From assembly GCA_963695555.1 (NCBI GenBank), contig CAVOGR010000001.1, forward strand, positions 32,001-96,000: a stretch of 64,000 nucleotides of DNA, in the 5' to 3' direction. Shown here piece after piece: positions 59,479-64,000 of this stretch. The DNA is from an uncultured Gemmatimonadales bacterium (GTDB taxonomy: Bacteria > Gemmatimonadota > Gemmatimonadetes > Gemmatimonadales > GWC2-71-9). Position 1 is the first letter of the stretch. Every line of letters begins with the position of its first letter. The notes under the pieces are model-generated. The model did no database searches, had not been told where the DNA came from, and was given only the letters and a program-made list of their open reading frames with translations. The position numbers and the translations under genes are program-made.

Positions 59479-62391
59479 ATGACCCCGGATACACCCTCCG
59501 ACGCACAGCGACGGGCCATCGAGGCCGGCCTGGGGCCGGTCCTCGTCGTGGCCGGCCCCGGCGCGGGCAAGACCTATTGCCTGATCGGACGGGTCCAGCA
59601 CCTCATCAGCGAGCTGGGCTTCCTCCCCGAGCGAATCTGTGCCGTCACCTTCACCAATAAGGCCGCCGAAGAGATCACGGCCCGGCTCCACCGAACCTTG
59701 GGCGATGCCGGCAACGATCTGACCCGAGGGACGTTGCACGCCCTCTGCCTCGGCATCCTGCGCGAACACGGCGAGCGTATCGGCATCCGGCCCGGCTTCG
59801 GCATTGCGGATGAATCGTACCAGCACTTGGTGCTGCGCCGCCTAGGTGTCAACCGGCGCCGGTTGAGCCAGCTCATCACGCTGTTCGGGCGCCGGCGGCT
59901 GCAACACTACACGCTGAGCGATGGAGACCAGGCCCTGCTGGACCGGTACCTCGCCGAGCTGCGCCGGAAGAACATGGTCGACTTCGACGACCTGATCGCG
60001 CTCACCTATAATCTGTTCGAGCAGGAACCTCGAGTGGCCGATCTGGTGAGCCACCGCTGGGATTATCTGCTGGTGGATGAGTTCCAGGATCTCAATATCA
60101 CCCAGTACGCCATTTTGAAGCGCCTGGCGGCCCGCCATGGCAACTTCTTCGCCGTCGGCGACGAAGAGCAGTCGATCTTTTCCTGGACCGGAGCCGACCC
60201 GGAGGTCTTGGTCACGTTCCGGACGGAACTCGGCGTCGATCCCATCATCCTGAACGAGAACCGCCGATGCTCCCGACAAATTCTCGATGCGGCCCGGCGA
60301 TTGCTCGCGAGCAATCCGGTCCTGTTCGAGAAGCAGATCACCGCGAAGCGAGAGTCGGAGTTTCCCGTCTCCTGTTTCTCATTTGCGGAGGAAGATGCCG
60401 AATCGGCCTGGGTGCTGCACGACCTCGTTGCCGACCACACCGTGAGCGGCAAGCCGTGGGGTGAATACGCCATTCTGTATCGCCAGCATCGCGTCGGGGA
60501 GTTCCTCGAACGGCAGCTGATCGGCAACAACATCCCTTGCCGCCTTCCCAAAGGCCGGGCCCTGATGGACGACCCGGTCATCAAGTACGTCATTGCGTCC
60601 GCGCGACTCATGAGCCTGCCGGACGACGATCCGATCGCGCTCGAAGCCTTTGCCGAGTTGGTACTCCCGCGGCACCAGCTCGAGCAAGTGCGCGCGCTCC
60701 CCGCACCCGAGCCCGATACGCTGCTCGCACGCCTGCGCCAGTTCGCGACGCAGCAACCCAAGAGCCACCCCGACACCAAAAAGGCCTGGCGCTTCATCTT
60801 CCACGTCGAGAACCTGAAGGCCCTGTTCCACTCACAGGACTCGCTGGGCGGCTTGGTCGAGGAGCTCCTGTCGCAGCGGGTGGGCGGCTACCGCAATCCG
60901 CTCGAGGAGCGCGCCGAGGAGCTGACCGATCCCGCCGAGTATCCGGGAGCGGTCGAGTTGGGGCAGCGCCTGCGGCAGACGATGGCGCGAAACGCCCGGG
61001 TGTGGCTCGAACCGGCCGGCGGGCTCGAGGTGGCGCTCCGCGGCATGCTACTCGGCGCGGGTGGCATGCGGTCCGTGGCCTATCTGGAGCCGGGCGATAA
61101 GCCGAGGGACGAGGATCTGGTCGTTCGGCTGTCCGAGGGCGCCGGTGCGGACGTGGCGGTCAGGCTGTTCAAGGCGCTCCAGTGGAATCATGCCGCCGAT
61201 TTCGGGGACATGTTCGAAGACTTCGTGACCTTCGACCTCGAAACGACCGACCGCGATCCTGACGTGTGTGACGTGGTTGAGCTGGGGGCGGTCAAGGTCG
61301 TTGGCGGGCGCATCGTCGATCGATTCCACTCCCTCGTACACCCCAGTCGCCCGATCTCGACCGGTGCTCGGCAGGTACACGGGTACAGCGATGCCGATCT
61401 GGCCGGGCAGCCATCGTTCGCGGAACTCTGGCCTCGCTTCCGGGCCTTCGTGGGCAACCACGTCCTGGTGGCGCACAACGCGCAAGGGTTCGACGTGCCG
61501 GTGCTCCGTCGCGAAGCAGAGCGGCTCCCGGGGCTCGAGACATTGGTGTTCTTCGACACCCTGCCCCTGGCGCGTTCGCTCTACCGGGAGAGCGCAAGGC
61601 TCGCAGACCTGGCAACCCGATTCGGGATCACGACCGGCCGGAGCCATCACGCGTTGGATGACGCGGAAACGCTGGTACGGGTGTTTCAGTCGTTGAGTGC
61701 CGCCCGCGTGGGCCGGGCGCGGAAGTCCGCGCTGGTCAACGTGCTCGACTTCCTGGGCTTGGCGCTGGCCGTCTCCGGCCCAGGTGAGCAGTCCGAAGAG
61801 GCTCGGCTCCTGCTCGAGGTCGCTCGCCCGTACACGCTGGGCCGGTTCAGCGATTGCCTCGATTTCTACCAGACCGAGTCGCTGGTGTCGGGTCGAAGTG
61901 GGCCGGACTTGACGGAGGTCATTCGGCGGCTGGGCGGCCAGGAGCTGATGGAACGCATCCGGGCCCAGCGGGCGGCCGCCGAGCGGTATCCTGCCGCAGT
62001 CGCCCGGCTCCAATCACTGGTGGAGTCGAGCCAGGCGCCCACCCTGGCGGAGAGTATTCAACTCTTGCTCGAACGCGTCGCCCTCTCGTCGTCCGAAGGC
62101 ATCGAGGCCGACCCCAACCGGGTAAACCTCCTGACCCTCCATTCGACCAAGGGTCTCGAGTTCTCTCGGGTGTACATCGTAGGGGTGGAGGACTATCAGA
62201 TTCCCGGGTACTACGCCACCGTAGACCACCGAGAGGACGAGATCCAGGAAGCCAGGCGGCTGCTCTACGTCGGCATGACCCGGGCCCGCGACCGGCTAGT
62301 GCTGAGCCACGCAGCCAGCCGCTTCGGAAAGCCGTCGGGCGGCACACAGCTGCTCGACGAAATCGGGCTCGGCACCCCCACCCCCGCCTAA
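59479..62391 (+). CDS. UvrD/PcrA-like SF1 helicase with inserted DEDDh 3'-5' exonuclease domain
   Basis: AGPGAGKT, TFTNKAA, VDEFQD, TLHSTKGLEF, RRLLYVGMTRA; FDLETT, AHNAQGFD, HHALDDA. Confidence 0.93.
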   Translation: MTPDTPSDAQRRAIEAGLGPVLVVAGPGAGKTYCLIGRVQHLISELGFLPERICAVTFTNKAAEEITARLHRTLGDAGNDLTRGTLHALCLGILREHGERIGIRPGFGIADESYQHLVLRRLGVNRRRLSQLITLFGRRRLQHYTLSDGDQALLDRYLAELRRKNMVDFDDLIALTYNLFEQEPRVADLVSHRWDYLLVDEFQDLNITQYAILKRLAARHGNFFAVGDEEQSIFSWTGADPEVLVTFRTELGVDPIILNENRRCSRQILDAARRLLASNPVLFEKQITAKRESEFPVSCFSFAEEDAESAWVLHDLVADHTVSGKPWGEYAILYRQHRVGEFLERQLIGNNIPCRLPKGRALMDDPVIKYVIASARLMSLPDDDPIALEAFAELVLPRHQLEQVRALPAPEPDTLLARLRQFATQQPKSHPDTKKAWRFIFHVENLKALFHSQDSLGGLVEELLSQRVGGYRNPLEERAEELTDPAEYPGAVELGQRLRQTMARNARVWLEPAGGLEVALRGMLLGAGGMRSVAYLEPGDKPRDEDLVVRLSEGAGADVAVRLFKALQWNHAADFGDMFEDFVTFDLETTDRDPDVCDVVELGAVKVVGGRIVDRFHSLVHPSRPISTGARQVHGYSDADLAGQPSFAELWPRFRAFVGNHVLVAHNAQGFDVPVLRREAERLPGLETLVFFDTLPLARSLYRESARLADLATRFGITTGRSHHALDDAETLVRVFQSLSAARVGRARKSALVNVLDFLGLALAVSGPGEQSEEARLLLEVARPYTLGRFSDCLDFYQTESLVSGRSGPDLTEVIRRLGGQELMERIRAQRAAAERYPAAVARLQSLVESSQAPTLAESIQLLLERVALSSSEGIEADPNRVNLLTLHSTKGLEFSRVYIVGVEDYQIPGYYATVDHREDEIQEARRLLYVGMTRARDRLVLSHAASRFGKPSGGTQLLDEIGLGTPTPA

Positions 62392-62404
62392 CACCGCCCA
62401 CTCC

Positions 62405-63697
62405 CTACTCCCTGAATTCGTACACCACGTCACTCTCCGGTGACGTACCGCGCCGGACGGTGAATGCCGCGCGGTGCCCCAACCGAATGCCCGGCACGCC
62501 TTGGCTGGTCGCGGTCGATCCAGGTTCCGGGTGCACATAAAGTCCCGTGATGTCGAGCGTGTCCATGGCTTCGGCCCGGTTCAGGTCGCCGACGGCCTCC
62601 AGCCGGATTTCGCGGCCGGCAACCGGATCATCGTATACCAGCGCGATGTCGGCGGTCATCGGGTCGCCCGTACCGGTCACAATCCGGCCGCCGGCGAGCA
62701 GTAGGTCGTACTCGACGCCGAGGTTGAACGGGAGTTGCTCGTACACCTCGGGATCGGCCGTCTCATAGCGCCCGCTCGCGATCGCGTCGAATGCGGTGAG
62801 CAAGGCTACCACGTTGAGGGTGCGGACAGCCTGTTTTTCCGGATCGTCCGGGAGCCCGCCGCTTTCGATCAGCACCGTCGACGTTCCCCACTGTTGCATC
62901 AGGTCGCCGAACGCCCGCGGCTCGAAGCTGTCGTCCCACTTTGCCAGCCGGCCTGGCACCTGTTGGTTCAACACCTCCGCAATGGTGGCGGCGACGAGTC
63001 GGGCACGCGTTCGGGTCGGTCCGTAGGACTTCTCCTCATCGGCGGCCGGGGCGAGCAGGGCGATCGCCACCTGGAGTCCGGTTGGTCCGGCCGTCCGGCG
63101 CACGCCTTGGTCGTGGAGGTTGAAGCCGAAGTCGGCCTCGAGCCTGTCCCGCAGGCCCTTGAGGGCTCGGGCCTCGGGCGTGACCAGCCGCCGCGCGTCG
63201 CGGTTGACGTCGATGCCGAGGGCGTTCTCGCGGGCGAAGCGCTGGGCGCCATCCGGATTGAGCATCGGGACCATCGTAATGGTGAGGTGCTCGGCGAGCC
63301 GATGTTGCAGGGGATCCTGGCTCCCCTCGGCGAAGAAGCGTATGAGATCCGCGAGGGCCATGGTGGCGGTAGACTCGTCGCCGTGCATCTGAGACCAGAG
63401 CAGCACGCTGGTGGGGCCGGCGCCAAACGTGACCGCCCGAATGGGCCAGCCGCCGACCGAGCGGGCCAGGTCCTCCGTGTGGATACCGGGGGCCGCGAGG
63501 TATGGCTCGACGGCGCTCCAGAGGTCGGTGGCGGTGAACCGACGGTGGTCGATGGATTCCACTCGGTATTGCGCCGCGATGCGCAGCCCGTCACGCAAGC
63601 AACAAGGTTGGTCCTGGGCCGCCGACACGTCAGGCAGTCCCGCGATAGTGGCGCACAGGACAGCGGCCTGAATGGTGCTTCGAATGAGGTGGTGCAT
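62405..63697 (-). CDS. M14-family zinc carboxypeptidase, secreted
   Basis: QMHGDE, MLNPDG, DVNRD, FNLHDQ, LIESG; signal peptide. Confidence 0.92.
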   Translation of the reverse strand: MHHLIRSTIQAAVLCATIAGLPDVSAAQDQPCCLRDGLRIAAQYRVESIDHRRFTATDLWSAVEPYLAAPGIHTEDLARSVGGWPIRAVTFGAGPTSVLLWSQMHGDESTATMALADLIRFFAEGSQDPLQHRLAEHLTITMVPMLNPDGAQRFARENALGIDVNRDARRLVTPEARALKGLRDRLEADFGFNLHDQGVRRTAGPTGLQVAIALLAPAADEEKSYGPTRTRARLVAATIAEVLNQQVPGRLAKWDDSFEPRAFGDLMQQWGTSTVLIESGGLPDDPEKQAVRTLNVVALLTAFDAIASGRYETADPEVYEQLPFNLGVEYDLLLAGGRIVTGTGDPMTADIALVYDDPVAGREIRLEAVGDLNRAEAMDTLDITGLYVHPEPGSTATSQGVPGIRLGHRAAFTVRRGTSPESDVVYEFRE

Positions 63698-63748
63698 GCC
63701 GGTGCTCTTTCAAGCCATCGGGAGGTAGTGACTGCGGTAACGTCGACA

Positions 63749-64000
63749 TCATCCGAACAGAAGCCTCACCACGTATACTGCCAGGATCATGGCAAAGATA
63801 TCGGCGATGAGCCCGGCGGGCACGGCGTGCCGCGTCTTCTTGACGTTCACCGCCCCAAAGTAGACAGCGATGACGTAGAACGTGGTTTCGGTCGACCCGA
63901 ACATGGTGGCGGCCATCTTCACCACGAGGCTGTCCTCGCCATAGCGGGCGATCATGTCGACCACGATGGCAGCGGATCCCGAGCCGGTGAGCGGCCGGAC
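63749..64000 (-). CDS. spmB: SpmB / nucleoside-recognition Gate domain membrane protein, C-terminal part (truncated by window edge)
   Basis: RPLTGSG, GSTETTFYVIAVYFGAV..KKTRHA..AGL.AD. Confidence 0.88.
   Translation of the reverse strand, partial: VRPLTGSGSAAIVVDMIARYGEDSLVVKMAATMFGSTETTFYVIAVYFGAVNVKKTRHAVPAGLIADIFAMILAVYVVRLLFG

Overview
High-GC bacterial chromosomal segment of about 60 genes. The lineage is most likely Gemmatimonadota, inferred from several Hanks kinases with TolB-like/TPR tails, DUF5916 and DUF4097 proteins, an HU with an insertion and many lipoproteins. I found no rRNA, tRNA, CRISPR array, transposase or prophage. Content: a class II photolyase (partial); nucleoside and pyrimidine scavenging genes (psuK-psuG, nucleoside hydrolase-rbsK, hydA, a C-N hydrolase, thermonuclease, alkaline phosphatase family); an operon of a GcvT-like gene plus two phytoene-dehydrogenase-like genes; four Ser/Thr kinases; an orphan PAS/GAF histidine kinase; two MscS channels; a PadR regulator with a triple operator; a UvrD-DEDDh fusion; peptidases. 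Main signals: (1) a hidden AhpD/CMD-type selenoprotein (28104-28709, minus) with a C-H-Y-UGA motif and a bacterial SECIS-like hairpin, which the ORF track truncates; (2) 7-8 nt intergenic tandem repeats that mostly carry stop codons, often sit as mirror pairs, and supply the stop codon and a shared GSRE C-terminus to several unrelated genes; (3) an exported JAMM/MPN+-like protein; (4) a nitrilase-family enzyme lacking the catalytic Lys; (5) a DPP-IV gene with six single-base insertions, probably sequencing error. All family calls come from motif recognition by eye, not database searches.
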